A DNA stretch of 63,825 nucleotides, the filler included, from Intoshia linei (taxonomy: Eukaryota; Animalia; Orthonectida): the NCBI GenBank assembly GCA_001642005.1. It is 10 parts of 10 records of this genome, joined end to end, with 100 filler letters (N's around TTAATTAATTAA, not from the genome) between each part and the next. Parts side by side here need not be neighbours in the genome. Positions count along the whole stretch, not along the records: positions 18,330 to 45,413 come from LWCA01000447.1; positions 45,514 to 46,789 come from LWCA01002692.1; positions 46,890 to 53,871 come from LWCA01001613.1; 7 more parts are not named here. One strand, written 5' to 3'. Shown in pieces: positions 40,679-53,971 of the stretch; within the stretch, counting starts at the first letter, position 1; the number at the start of each line of letters is the position of its first letter. The position numbers and the translations under genes were made by a program. The notes beneath the pieces are model-generated. The model saw only the letters and a list, made by a program, of their open reading frames with translations. It ran no database searches and had not been told where the DNA came from.

Positions 40679-41660
40679 TTAATTATTAATTTGCTGGGGT
40701 ATATAATTTTTACCCAATATACAGCTTATTTCTTTTTTTGATTTTGACTGAATTTCTTTTGATGCTTTATTTTTTGTTTTTTTAAATATTTTTCTAAATA
40801 ATTCATATAATACACAATATATGTAATGTAAATGAAAAATCTGAAATTATATCTGAATATTTTGTATATTGAAGTTACAGGTTATTCTCGATTTTTACAT
40901 TTTTTTTTAGTTTTAAAATAAATAACGTCACTGTTAACACTTAATATACAACTTTGTGAGAGACTGATTATATAGTTTATTTTTTAGTTTCAAAAAAATT
41001 ATTTTTAGCGACCCCAAATTTGTTAATATTGATTTATGGACTAACATTGTCATATTATATACCGACAAATTGTAAATGAATGTGAATTATTTGTAAATCA
41101 TTAAAAATTATTATCGCTTATTACAATGATTATAATGAACGTATCTCAAACCTGGCGGGTTTTGTCTTTATTTTGAAATTTTGTTGGTATTTTATATTTA
41201 ATTTATTTAAAGCTTCGTTATAATTTTTATTTCGTTCTTCCAATATATCCGTATCATCATGTTCATCAAAGCCTAATCCTATATTTAAATTAATTGAATA
41301 CATTTATCTAAAAACCAACTTCAACTGTTTTTAATTTTGGTATAATAGGTTCAGCTAATCCATTTTCATTTTTACCTAATTTTAAACCTTCTTTCCAACC
41401 CATTTTCTTTAAAAGATCTTTTCCAATGTTGTCTATAAATTAACTATTATTCGTATAAAAATATATTATAAATTCCACTCATTGGATTGTTAGATTGAGT
41501 TAGAAAGAGTACCGAGTACTATTTCTGTCATTTATAATTTAAAATACAAATAAATATAAATATTTTATACATTTAAATGTACAATAATATTACCTTTGCG
41601 CCATTTCAATCCATTTGGATCATTACTATACATTTTTTTCGACTTCTTTTCAGCAAGCAT
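40679..41660 (-). CDS. PINX1: PinX1/Pxr1-like G-patch protein (short), about 4 exons; 3' end uncertain
   Basis: MLAEKKSKKMYSNDPNGLKW, G-patch IGKDLLKKMGWKEGLKLGKNENGLAEPI...GLG, then KSKKEISCILG (cf. PinX1 DLDCIFG). Confidence 0.8.
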
Positions 41661-42300
41661 GTAATACAGTTTTTATAATTATTTTAATTATACAATTCTA
41701 TGGAAACAATTTAAACTTTTATTTATTTTTAAAAAGATATGCATAAATGTTATCAATTTACATTCTAATATTCATGTATTTTTAATTCTAAAAATTTGAT
41801 TCAACGTTTACCAATGTAATCAATCGATTAATTTTTACATTTTAAATCAAAAATGGGCCTCTAAAAAAATTTTGCAGAAAATACAGCATGCAGATAATAT
41901 CATATGTACCATAATCACCTATCCTCGGTGGGTTTGACAGTTCAAATTTGAAACACAAGTCTATTCTGATATAGAAAGATATAATTTTTTCAATTTGTTA
42001 TAGTGAGGGTTTATTTTAAAAAAAATACTTTGATCCTCCGAATAGGGTATAGGTACTTTAGGTAGACTCCTCAAATTATGAATATTATTGAGATTATGGA
42101 GGAGTTATAGGGTCAGACAAATTTATTTTTTATTCTTTAAAATATAATATATTGAATGCATTTACGAATTGTGATTTTTATAATTCAATGGGATTTGTAT
42201 ATTGCTAATTGAATGCCACGATCAAAAAAGTTTGACGACCCTACATTAAGTGGTAAAATAATGAATAAAGATTTTAATGAAACAACAAATTATTAATAAA

Positions 42301-43851
42301 TTAAAAATATTTTTTTTTATAATTATCCAAGTTGTAATAATTCTCGGTAGTTTGTGGTTTCATATCTGAAGATAGATTGAAATAATTTTGACGTGAAGTT
42401 GATTCGTTATTGTTCTTTGTCGATTGAATAACTTCTAATTTTATTCGATCTGGTTTCAATTCACAGCTATTGGTGATGGTAGGAGATATTAATGGATAGT
42501 TGGTACCTATTTGCTGATTATGTTGAAAATTGGTGTAATAATTATTTTTTTCTAGATTCCAATTATTAACACCATTTTGTTGAGAATTTTTTAAAAATTC
42601 AGATTGTGGCCTATATAGTGGACTATTGTATATATTTCTTTGTATTGGTGTGTAAGGCGTATTAGAATAATTTCTGGTATAATTAAAATTAAATCCATTT
42701 ATATTTTGATCGATAATTCCATATTCAGGAAGCATATTATAATTACTAAATTTTTCACAGGGGTAACTCGTATAATGTTGATTATTTATACGTTGTCTGT
42801 TATATTCATTTTGATATAAATTATTTTTTGTATTATTAATTTTTCTGTACATAAAATTTTTGTAATCAGATCCATTTATACAGTAATGCATTGAAGATGA
42901 ATTTAAAGTATTAGCCAAACCGGCAAAATCGAATTTGTATGCGTATCTTTTACCAGCTACTTTAGATATAATGTTTTTATCGTAATACTAAAAATTTAAA
43001 TCAAACAATATATCCTAACTTATATAATATACTACGCTGTTTTTATTTGTGTGTGTTCCACTTTATTGAAATAACTACCAGTCTTAGAAGTAATTTATAA
43101 AGTCCACATTTCAATTACAGTTGTTTCGGTACATATAATAAGATAAATTTGAACCTCCCAAACTTAATTATTGATACATAATTGGTATTTTTAAGTATTT
43201 ATTAAATTGGTACTGAATATATATTGTCACATTGAAAGTGACAAAATAGATTTTTATAATTTTATTTTACTGTAATTTATGCTATTTATGACAATTTTTA
43301 GGATTGGACTGTTTTTATTTTATTTTTAATATTATGCTCCCATTCTGTCTAATAAATTAAAAAATGAGATAAAAATTGTTTTTAAAATTCTTTACGCAAA
43401 TGTTAACGAACAAAAAATTAAGATGGAATAATTCACTTTAAAGTAAAAAGTAATATATGATGGTTCCACCTAAAACAAATTTGGGAACCACTCCTTTATA
43501 AGATTGATAATAGTGAATAGTAGGCTTTTTAATTTAGATTTTCAACGTGAATTTATTTTTTTGGTATAATAAAAAGGTGCCCTCGGTAGAGCTAGGTGCT
43601 GTTTGTACGTAGTACATTACAGTCAACCTAGTATTATATATAACATTATAAATATATTACATATCGTAGTGCTCGACTTAATTTATCATAGTTCATGTTT
43701 GGTTTGCTTTTCCTTTTTCCCCACAATCTAGCCACTTCATCTGGGTCAACCAATTTGAATTCTCCATCGAGACTTTCCCATGATATAAATGAAGAATTTG
43801 CATTGTCTGATAATAATTCCAACAGAAACTGCCATAATTGTGTTTGTTGTC
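42301..43851 (-). CDS. ETS transcription factor, ERG/FLI/FEV group (exons 43661-43851 and 42301-42987; upstream exon not identified)
   Basis: [22 protein letters not shown]...[29 protein letters not shown]|[25 protein letters not shown]. Confidence 0.92.
43013..43631 (+). mobile_element. Complete non-autonomous Helitron (619 bp) in the ETS intron
   Basis: A|TC 5' end, CTAG|T 3' end, TGTAC-GTA-GTACA hairpin about 10 nt before CTAG, no TSD, several homologous fragments in the window. Confidence 0.88.
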
Positions 43852-44172
43852 CTAAATATCACGTATAAATATATTTATTATACTTTACTTCTTTTTCATA
43901 ATACGCCTATATCAGTGATTCACAAAAAAAATTTCCGTGACACACATCAAACTTTAAAGCTTTAAGGTTCTGAAAAAATTTTGGTACAAATTCAATTTTT
44001 TTAAATTATAGAACAAGATAACTTGTAATCCTAAGTACACATTTTAAATAGCGTGATCAAAGTAATCCTAACGAAAACAAAAATGATAAAACTATGCATA
44101 AATCTATATTTATCACAACTATATTTTTTCAAATAAAATATTATTTTGTTATTATGTAAATATAACACCAAC

Positions 44173-44572
44173 CAGTGAAGGATCTAGGATTTTCAGTCAA
44201 AGGGGGCGAAACAATTATTAGGGGCAAAGCTCATATAATGAATTTAAATTGAAATTTCTATATTATGTTTATTAATTTATTTCTTTATCTATAATAATTT
44301 ATTTTTTTTCTAGTTTTCATTCTACTAAATTTTTTCTACACCTGCATGAATTGATATTTTTGGCAAGTTCTATTTAGATTATCAACAACGTTTAGTCCAA
44401 TAACAAATTAATATACATAATACGTAAACAATGATAACTAGCATAATTCATGTAATTTGATAAGCCTTGAAAATTTTTTAAATTTTACACAAAGTTAATG
44501 TACAAATTCAAATATTTGAGGGCACATTTTTCACGTCAGGGGCGCCCCTGTACCCACCTAGATCCGCTACTG
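44173..44572. mobile_element. hAT MITE
   Basis: TIRs CAGTGAAGGATCTAG / CTAGATCCGCTACTG; 8-bp TSD acaccaac/gcaccaac. Confidence 0.85.
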
Positions 44573-45513
44573 GCACCAACCCACTTATCATGCCACTATA
44601 GTGTACCGCCTACATAATTTGGAAATCACTAGCATATAATATCATCATCATGGACATAGAGAGGGTTAGGGTCACATGACAACCCATCATAAAATACTCT
44701 ACTCTCTTTAATTTTGCAAGTCGAATTTTGTAAACTTGAAATTTAAATACTTAAATTTGTATATGCATGTACTTATCTTTGTAAATCAGATAGTTTTGCA
44801 ATATCTTGTTTCAATCATTGAAAAAAGTTGACTCTACTGTTATATATCTTACAATCATAGTTTTAAAAACATTTTATGATATCAAAAGTAATTGTTTAAA
44901 AAGCCCATTTTTTCAATACCTTAAAGCTTTTTTGCGGATGAGACAGCAGTAAGCAGAGCCGAACCTGTCAAGCTCGTGTTCACCCGAAAATGAAAAATGA
45001 GACCATTAAAAAAAAATTCGCAAACGTGGCGTAATGTCATATAGTCACTAGACCTTTACTTATCCAAGGCTGTTCACTTGACATATTAAATTTAATACAC
45101 AAAGTAGGAGTGATATTCAAGAATATAATTTTTTTAATTCTCAATTTGGAAAAATGTCGATGATCCTCACATAAGTTTGACTTTCTGAGTTAATGAACAA
45201 CTACATGTAATTCCTCTCAGTTTAAGAATTAGATGCTTACCCTTTTTCTGTACTATTATAAAAATAGTTACATGATTAATTTTGTATAAGATCTTAACAT
45301 CGATTACTCAGCAAATCCCCATGTATATTAACTATTAGGTCGTTTCATAAGTAATGTCATTTTTATTGTAACTTTATTATAAATCATTATATCTTTACGA
45401 ATATTTACTGTAANNNNNNNNNNNNNNNNNNNNNNNNNNNNNNNNNNNNNNNNNNNNTTAATTAATTAANNNNNNNNNNNNNNNNNNNNNNNNNNNNNNN
45501 NNNNNNNNNNNNN

Positions 45514-46100
45514 AAACATAGCGTATCTATAAATTCCCAATCAAAATGCTACGAAAAATTAGTGACTCCGCTTCATAAAAATTCTAAATGCATTCGGTTC
45601 TTAAATAAACATAAATATAGTTCTAAACCAAAACAAAATGTTCGACTAACAAATGAAATTTCCGAGAGAACATTATCAAGACTAAATATTCTCAAAGAAA
45701 GGTCAAGAAATTTGATGAATTTGAGGAAAGAATTAATCATGGATGCCATTCAAAAATTGAACTTATTATATAATTAAAAATTTTGAAAATGTCTGAATAC
45801 TTTACAAGAAAATATGCAAACCCCTTTCTTTTGAATTTTTGTAAAAATTGTGATTTTTACAAAGTAATCTACAATTTTTAAATATAAATTTTACAAAAAT
45901 ATGATAAATTAACCAATCATATTTGTTAATAAAGTAATTTTCAATATTTTTTTATTAAAAATTTTTTTTTCTTTGCGCAACTCAACCAGAAATTTTTGTG
46001 TGAAAATTGAACTCACATAGTAGTTTAAATATGAATACTAGCTTAATTTTACCTACCTCAACAAGAAACTCGCAAAATTTCTACTTTTTGAAACACCCTA
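45514..46100 (+). mobile_element. hATm-like transposon 3' end
   Basis: ORF with LTNEISERTL; ends AAACACCCTA. Confidence 0.5.
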
Positions 46101-46169
46101 GTATTCAGGCTTATGATAAGGTACTCATGTACTTTTGTCTAAGTACATTTTGAAATTGATTGTATACAT

Positions 46170-46789
46170 CAGTGTTTCCCAACCTTTCATTTTCCAGTAC
46201 CCCCCCCCCTTTTATAAAATTTTCACATAATAGCGATTCCATTAAAATTGAATACAATCGATATAAATAGATTAAATAGTCCAACTTTTTCTATTGTAAT
46301 AAATTACATATTGTGGTAGCGACCTAAGCAGTGAAGTAGAATTAGTAAAAAAATAAAACTATCGCATGATTTCCACAAAATTTAATGATAAAACGTATTA
46401 TTCACAATATAAAATATTTATTTAAAAATTAATGAGCACCCTAAGGTTAATGAGCCTGTGACAACTTATCAAGATCAGGATCAATGTTCGAAAGAAAAAG
46501 TCTGAGATCACCAAGTTTTTCTATTTTTAGTCTATTTCTTTTTTTTGTAAGCAAATTTACAACCGCATTGAATCCTCTTTCAACAAGATAGGAGGAAGGA
46601 AATGGTAACAGCAAAAGCTTTATTTTTTCCCATAATATTGGATACAGGTGGCGTTGTTTTATCCATAAATTCTTATAACTAAATTGTTGATACATTTGTC
46701 GCCCTTCTACATCATTTTTAAGGTCTATCAAATCTTCTAGATATGTTGAATCTATTATGTCGATGTCAATATTGAATGGATTCATAACC
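46170..46789 (-). mobile_element. hAT Buster/SCAND3-type transposase C-terminus and TIR
   Basis: YPILWEKIKLLLLPFPSSYLVERGFNAV...KKRNRL...GDLRLFLS dimerisation region; TIR CAGTGTTTCCCAACC at 46170. Confidence 0.88.
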
Positions 46790-47185
46790 NNNNNNNNNNN
46801 NNNNNNNNNNNNNNNNNNNNNNNNNNNNNNNNNTTAATTAATTAANNNNNNNNNNNNNNNNNNNNNNNNNNNNNNNNNNNNNNNNNNNNTTGGTTTAAAT
46901 TTATTTTTTCAACTAAATGTTCTTTTTAAATTTTAAATAGTTAGACATATTTATGACTTTGTACTAATATTTTATGAGCAAATTTTCATAAAAATTGTGC
47001 TTAATTTGAGCAGAATTAACAGCTATACCATAAATTCATTTTTAATTATAGTCAAGGTATGTAAGGGTTAATATATTTGGCGTTATATTACTATGAACAT
47101 TACTAATTTCATTTTCAAAAACCCCAAATTAGCCAATCCTAACTTATATAAAATTCTATATTTATATGAATCTCTGTATGTGCAT

Positions 47186-48735
47186 TAGGGTGTCAACGGT
47201 ATCTTAAATGTAATGCCGTTCAGGAATAATTAGATGCTTATATGCATTTAGTGTTAATTCGTTGAAAAAAATTATTTTTATACACTAATGAACTTGCAAG
47301 CTCTAATTAATTTTTCAAAATAATATTTAAACTTTTATAAAAATAAACATATGTTTACTCTATTTTAAAACAATTTATTTATATTAACCTTTCCATTTTA
47401 ATTTTCTTTGATTTTTAGTAGTTTTGTCATGAACAATTGTTAATCTAATCATTAGATTCTAATGATATAAGGTTTGTCTTTCCAATCGTCTTTGTTGGAA
47501 TATTTTAAATGAGTTCAATAATATCATCATTGATCATTAATGATAAGTTATATATTATTAGGGTCTTAAATACTTTACAGATTAAGTCTTAATCTGAAAG
47601 ATTAATAAACAATAACTTATTGTACTATTTCCTTATTATCTACTTAACTATACATACACCAATGTAAGTAATAACTAAATTTATGATTATGTAGTTGCGT
47701 TTTAGTCCGTCATAATTAAACCATAAATACACTACGTATTTTCATTGTTGTAGATCATTTCTGAAAAACCTATCAATTTATTGCAATTTTATTTGTTCCA
47801 CATTTTATTTTTAAGCTACAAAATGAGAAAAGGTATTTTTTTATTATAATAAAAAAACATAATAGGTCATTAATCTGTGGTTTTGTTATTAAATTTTACG
47901 GATGAGAAACCTTAAATATATAATGTAAATAAATAATTATAGATATAAGAAAAAGAAGTGGAGATAAAATTGTTGGACCATTTATAGGATTCTTATTTGA
48001 GACTCATAAAATTCCTACAAATAGGAATGTGCTTCGAAGGTTGTTAAAACTAAAAAAAGATAACCAATCACTACCATTTTGATGCATTGCAAATGAAATA
48101 ATCGATATATACGTGAAAACGATTAAATATTATCAGTGTACAAAGAATCGACTTTAAAATCAAAAAACTATTTAATGAGTATCGAGTGGTTAATATAACT
48201 TCTCATACAGAAAGAGGATTAAAGTTTATAGAGAATCTCGACAATTTATTTGAGTGTGCTAAATCTGATTCATCAAATGCAATAATTGAAGATTTACAAT
48301 TTTTAGAAGTTCAAACACAAACAACAAATTATGACACTTTAACATTAACTTTATTAAAAAAATATTGGTGTGGTAACGATGTGAATTCATGCGTATAAAT
48401 AGTATATGTAACATTTGTGAATATATATAATGTACAGGGTTATCACAGTTTATCAGAAATTCTTCTAAATAAAACCCTATTTTACCCAAAAATTCATAAA
48501 AAACAGAATTTATAGGATAGAGGGTTTCTTGGTGTTTTTTTCTAACAATTATGACATTTCAAATACATGATCTTGTTCGCAAGAATTTTTATTATATTTG
48601 TATTTGGTTACTTTTGTGAATTTAGTTAATAGAACTAATTAGCAGTTAAAATAAGATTGATCAATTTTATAAAAAATTAAATTTTTTTTTTAATTTTAAA
48701 GTCGATACGCGATTCATTAAATTTGTAGGACCCTA
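47186..48735 (+). mobile_element. decayed hATm-like element with transposase N-terminal remnant (about 47970-48330)
   Basis: TAGGGTGTC start and GGACCCTA end. KIPTNRNVLRRL...KIKKLFNEYR...LDNLFECA...EDLQFLEVQ with stops and frameshifts. Confidence 0.55.
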
Positions 48736-49168
48736 AGTTTGAAATTGATCTCTACTGAATGGGGGTTTGAGGATTTAATAAAAATCTGAAAAATAGTAAT
48801 AAAAAAAATTAATCATAAAATTTTTTGTAAAATATTATGCAATACATATTTTAAAATAAAAAATTTGTTTGTCATTAATGCATTATTTTCCAAAACACCC
48901 CCTAACTGAATTAATCGCCCACTTTGGGAACCACTGATTTAAGACTGTAAGCAATTACTGAATATTAAAATGAAACATTTATAAATTACTAAAAAATTAA
49001 ATAAATTAGTATGGAAATTTATATTAATATTAATTTATAAAATAGTATTCATTTGTTCAATCTCATTAAATGAAAATCAAATAAGAAGATATGGGCAACT
49101 AAAATCATTTTAATTAACTTAAATTAAAAACAATAAAAATTCAATTGACAGTAAATAAATAAATATAA

Positions 49169-52100
49169 TCAATGTAATGAATCATCAATGACTTCAGTAA
49201 ATGAAATGTGTTGTTGGTTTTGATTCAAAAATTTTTTAAATCTGGAATTTCTAATATAAAAATGATTACGATTAAAAATATGATAATTACGAATAAGAAT
49301 CAAAAACAACTACTAAAATTTGATTGTCTGATTTAATTTCTGTTGTTGATGAATGCAACTTTCGGATAATGAATGCAATCTAATAAATATTTTATGCATT
49401 CATTTTATTCACATTACTGTATCGAGGTCCATTTCTTTTAATTTTAATTTAATGTTATAAATAAATTTTTTTTCTTTATTCTTTTCTGGTTTTTTGATAT
49501 CCTATATTTTAAACTTTAAATTAGATACATGCAATCAGATAATATCAATAACAACCCATTGGGATTCATGTCAATATAGATAAACAGTACAACATAGAAT
49601 AATTAATGAAACATTACAATGAACGCGTTTTTTTGAAATCTGAAAATTAAGGAAATTTTCCATTTTACTTTTTCTACAACTCTAAAAAGCTGTTCCATAT
49701 TCAACACAACATTTTTATTGGATTCGTGTCTAATAAACAATGAATAATATAGAAAAGTAACAAAACTGATGGATAAAAGCATAAATACATTGATTAATGA
49801 AAACTAAAATACAAATAAATTCATTGCAAAATATACGAGAATTTAGTTTATAAATTTACGTAGATTATGTTGATAAATTAGACTGACCATTTCCAGTTGC
49901 ATAACTATCGTATCCGGCATCGTGGTATAAATCTAAAATATATTTACACGGAAAAATAATAAATATTAACCAAAAACATCATTAGCTTCCTCGCACACCT
50001 TTATAATATCAAATTTAGGCAGGTTTGGGTGTTTCTTTAAGAATTCCTTACTACAATAAACAATAACATAAAATGAAATTACATAACATTCGAGTCATAA
50101 AATATATTAGGAGCATATAAATTTGTCAATTTTACAGTGTAGTTACAGCTGTACTATAAAATGATATAAATAATTACTTGTTGAAAAAGTTAAAACTTTT
50201 CAGTAATCCTTTCGGTATGTATACATTTGAATGTTCTTTCTAAACATTAAAATTGAAATTTCAGTTGAAAACTAATCTATAATTATAATTGTAGATGCGT
50301 ATTCTGTACATAACGCTTTCCAATTTGTTATACATTTATGTATTTGTTAAAATATAAAAAAGACATTTACATTTCTTATTAGTATATGTTGCATAGAATG
50401 TGTACTACTGTGAAATGTACACATTCCACGGGCAAGTCATATAATGTGTAAAATTTTCATTTATATTTTAATTTTGGGTTTTAGAAATTATTTTTGAATC
50501 ATAGTTTCAAGGGAGTTTTTAAGATTTTATTTGAACCATACTTTTAAGAAATTATTTTAACATTTTTTTTAACCAAACTTTAAAAAGGTTTTTTAGAAAT
50601 TTTTTTAGATTAAAATTAATTAGAAATAGAACAAAAAGAAATAGAAACCAAACTTAAAGACACATTCTCTACGACATATATGTAATGATCCCGTTGAATA
50701 TGCTGCGGGATTATACAAATATTTTTAATTTAGATGCAAATTTTGATTTTAAAATGCCCAACTCTAATGTACACAAAATAATGAATTTGAATTACATTAG
50801 ACACAATACATTGAAATAATTTCATAATTGCATTTGTATCATAAATTCCATCCAAATAAATTTCCATTTCATGTTTAAATTCTTCCAAACTATAATAGAA
50901 CAAATTATACTTGTATTAAAATTTTTTTTCGCAAATTGGGTAACTCGTATGCATAATACACTCAAATAAAAAATTTCGCCAGAAAATGGACAATATCGAT
51001 TGGTATGTGTAACTGAAAATAATTAGAAAGACATAATAATAGACGGTACTGTTAAAAATTATTTTGGATCGTTATGAACGATCAAGTGTAAATCACAATA
51101 TAATAAATCATATATAATCATCTATAAAAAATATTACCTATCAGGTAATTCCTGAACAAATGAGCTATACATTGACATAATATCAACAAGAAACACATTT
51201 CCAACAAATATCTAAATTAATATGACTTTTTCGTTTTTTTAAAACAGTGCCCACCCAACTAGGGTTCGCGAATTATTTTAATAAAATAATTACAAATTTA
51301 AAAAAAAAATTTTTATTTAATAAGTCCCCAGTGGGACTACCACACACATCGAAATTAACTGATAAGCATTTATATCAGCGGTATCCAAAATACTTTACAG
51401 AGTAACCCTAGGTACCCCTAAACTGAAAAAAAAAATAAATTAAAATAAAAATAACCATAACATTATATTAATTACAAAAATTGTTTTAAAAATTTAAAAT
51501 TGTTAGAACTATTGGACAAAAATGGATATCTAAAAAATCGTTAATGATTGAACTCACGAAATAGAGACGTACAATGTACGTCGTACATACATAAGGAACT
51601 AAGTATTATTACAAACTAATTTTTGGGAATTTAAAAAATATCTATAATTTATGAGTCATAGTTTACATATAGTTAGGAGCCCTAGGGGTCCCAGTACTCC
51701 ATTTGGGAACTACTGATTTATATGTATTATTAATTATATCTGCAACCAAAATTTAACAAATTAAATATTTTAAAATAAAAATAGCAATTACAATCCAGTC
51801 GCAAAATAATAATAAAAAAATAAATAAATAATAATAAATTCATTATTTTAATTTACAATTAAATTTTCGTACTGAGATAAAATCTTTTTACTTCACAGGG
51901 TAATACTATAAAAAGTTTGGAATTTTTATATATGATAAAAATTTTCACCTTGTAGTGGATTTTTTCAAGGTTATCCGGTCCCCGTGTCAAAAGTTTGGTG
52001 TCACTGTTTTAAAATGTAAAATACTGAAATAAAACAGCATTAAAAATACCTTATCATAAGAAAGAATAGTTCTAAATACATTAGAAAATGTGTCGTAATT

Positions 52101-52867
52101 TTCAATGACATATCTAAAAATTGTATAAAATAAGTTATCCAATACAAATAAATAATAGAGTTGGATTTAAAGATTCTAGAAGAGCGGTAGCGAACCTCTT
52201 TGAGGCGACAGGCTCACTCTTGACAGTAAAAATTTGAGCATTGTTTTTTCAATACTATTATACTATAGTGGTCTTATTTATTCAGATTATTCTACCCTCA
52301 AAATTTTTTCATGCACCCCATAAAGTTTATATATTTTTACGATTTCTCAATTAAGATATACAGAGTAGAGTCTACATTGTAGACTCCACTATTCTGTAAA
52401 AAAACTTTAGTTTTGATGATTTTCATACAAAACCACCGCTATTTGCCAATATTTTTCATAATAATTAAAATATATGGCCAATAAGATGAAATGTATTGAC
52501 TTAAATTTGTGTGTATATTAAAAAAATGTCAATAGAAGATAAACTACATAACGGGCGATACCGTAGATAAAATATAGTTTTCAGTATTAAACAATATTAA
52601 AATTTATATAGTATTATGGCCATTGCTCATCCAATGTCACGTTTTATTTAACCATAAAATAAAAATACTCTTCAATATTGTCAATGTTAGCAAATTGTAA
52701 ATAATGCCATTCATAAGTAACTAACTCCGTATAAATTCTAAAAAAATAATCAAACCAAGTTGGAATAATTTATACTTTGTACATTGTAAATTTTTTAAAA
52801 CTTTAAAGTATTTTATAATTTCAGAAATTTCTTTCTTTTTCAGATATGACACACCTTCAATAATTTG
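49169..52867 (-). CDS. CAF1-family deadenylase, PARN/PNLDC1-like, many small exons; N-terminal exons not found
   Basis: Spliced motifs IEGVSYL, FSNVFRTILSYDK, IFVGNVFLVDIMSMYSSFVQELPDSLEEFK...IYDTN and LYHDAGYDSYATG, then an RRM-like LFITL..KKWTSIQ. Stop at 49169-49171. Confidence 0.8.
51376..51715. mobile_element. hAT MITE in deadenylase intron
   Basis: TIRs CAGCGGTATCCAAA / TTTGGGAACTACTG; perfect 8-bp TSD ATTTATAT. Confidence 0.85.
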
Positions 52868-53662
52868 CTAAAAATAAAAATTTTCAAAATAATTAAATAA
52901 TTGATAATATTGTTTATATTTTAATCCTTTATAATGTAAAGGATTACTACATACTAATGGTGTAAAATAAATACAAATAACGTACTAATATGCAGGGCTG
53001 CAATTAATTGATTGCAACCAATTTAATTGAAAAATGAAAAAATATTTTCCAATTAATTGCTTTATGAAAAATAAAAAATTTCAATTAATTGAAGATTAAT
53101 AACAATATCATAATCATTTTTAAAAAACTGTCATGTGGTTATAATAAATACTAGGATGCTGTTTCCAATACCTGCTAATATGTATGTAAAGCAAAAGTTG
53201 CCATAATCAGTGTATGTCTAACTCTTTATTTACAACTGTTAGAAAACTAACAGTCGCAAAAACTTCTTAACCAAAACTTCCAAGTTTGTTTTTTCTGATG
53301 CAGAAAGTAAGATAACAAAGCAAGAAGGTGAAGACCAAAACCCCAAATAACACTTTTTTAAAAATAAAAATATTCATATTCAAATATATCAATTTCAAAA
53401 TTCGCATTTTTAGCAAATTTCACTTTATACAGTAAAAATTATGTTGATTTCCAAAAAGAAACAGTTCAGTTTTAATAAATAATTACCTTATTAAAATTGA
53501 ATTCATTTTTTCGTAAAAATAATTTGGAGCTAGGCTAAATTAAAATATTTTTAACAATTTAAAAAGTATATCCCTTAAAATAAGATAGGTTCAATTATTT
53601 TTGTTAACATAATTGAATAATTGAAAGTACATTATTAATTGTAATCGAAAACCAAATATATA

Positions 53663-53755
53663 TCCTTACTGATATAATATGCTTTGTTTGTCTGTGTGTG
53701 TTAACGTTTATTTAAATAACTACCAGTCTTAGAATGTTATAAAGTCCACATTTCT
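53663..53755 (+). mobile_element. Helitron 5' end interrupted by a TAGGGTGTCC-terminated element
   Basis: Closely similar to the 12712 and 43013 starts. Confidence 0.7.
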
Positions 53756-53971
53756 ATTAGGGTGTCCTAAATAGACATTATTTTTCGAAATTGAGAAAGT
53801 ATCTTTCAGTGTATGTGCCATTTTTGATATAGAGTATGATACAATATTTAGTTTTTTATTTAACAGTATTTNNNNNNNNNNNNNNNNNNNNNNNNNNNNN
53901 NNNNNNNNNNNNNNNTTAATTAATTAANNNNNNNNNNNNNNNNNNNNNNNNNNNNNNNNNNNNNNNNNNNN

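Noticed and set aside
41434-41593. Possible intronic snoRNA in PINX1 intron 1
   Set aside because: Only a small hairpin; no convincing C/D or H/ACA boxes.
41900-42130. Telomerase RNA next to PINX1
   Set aside because: No telomeric template (CTAACCCTAA-like) seen and the helix order does not fit CR4/5; kept only as a generic ncRNA candidate.
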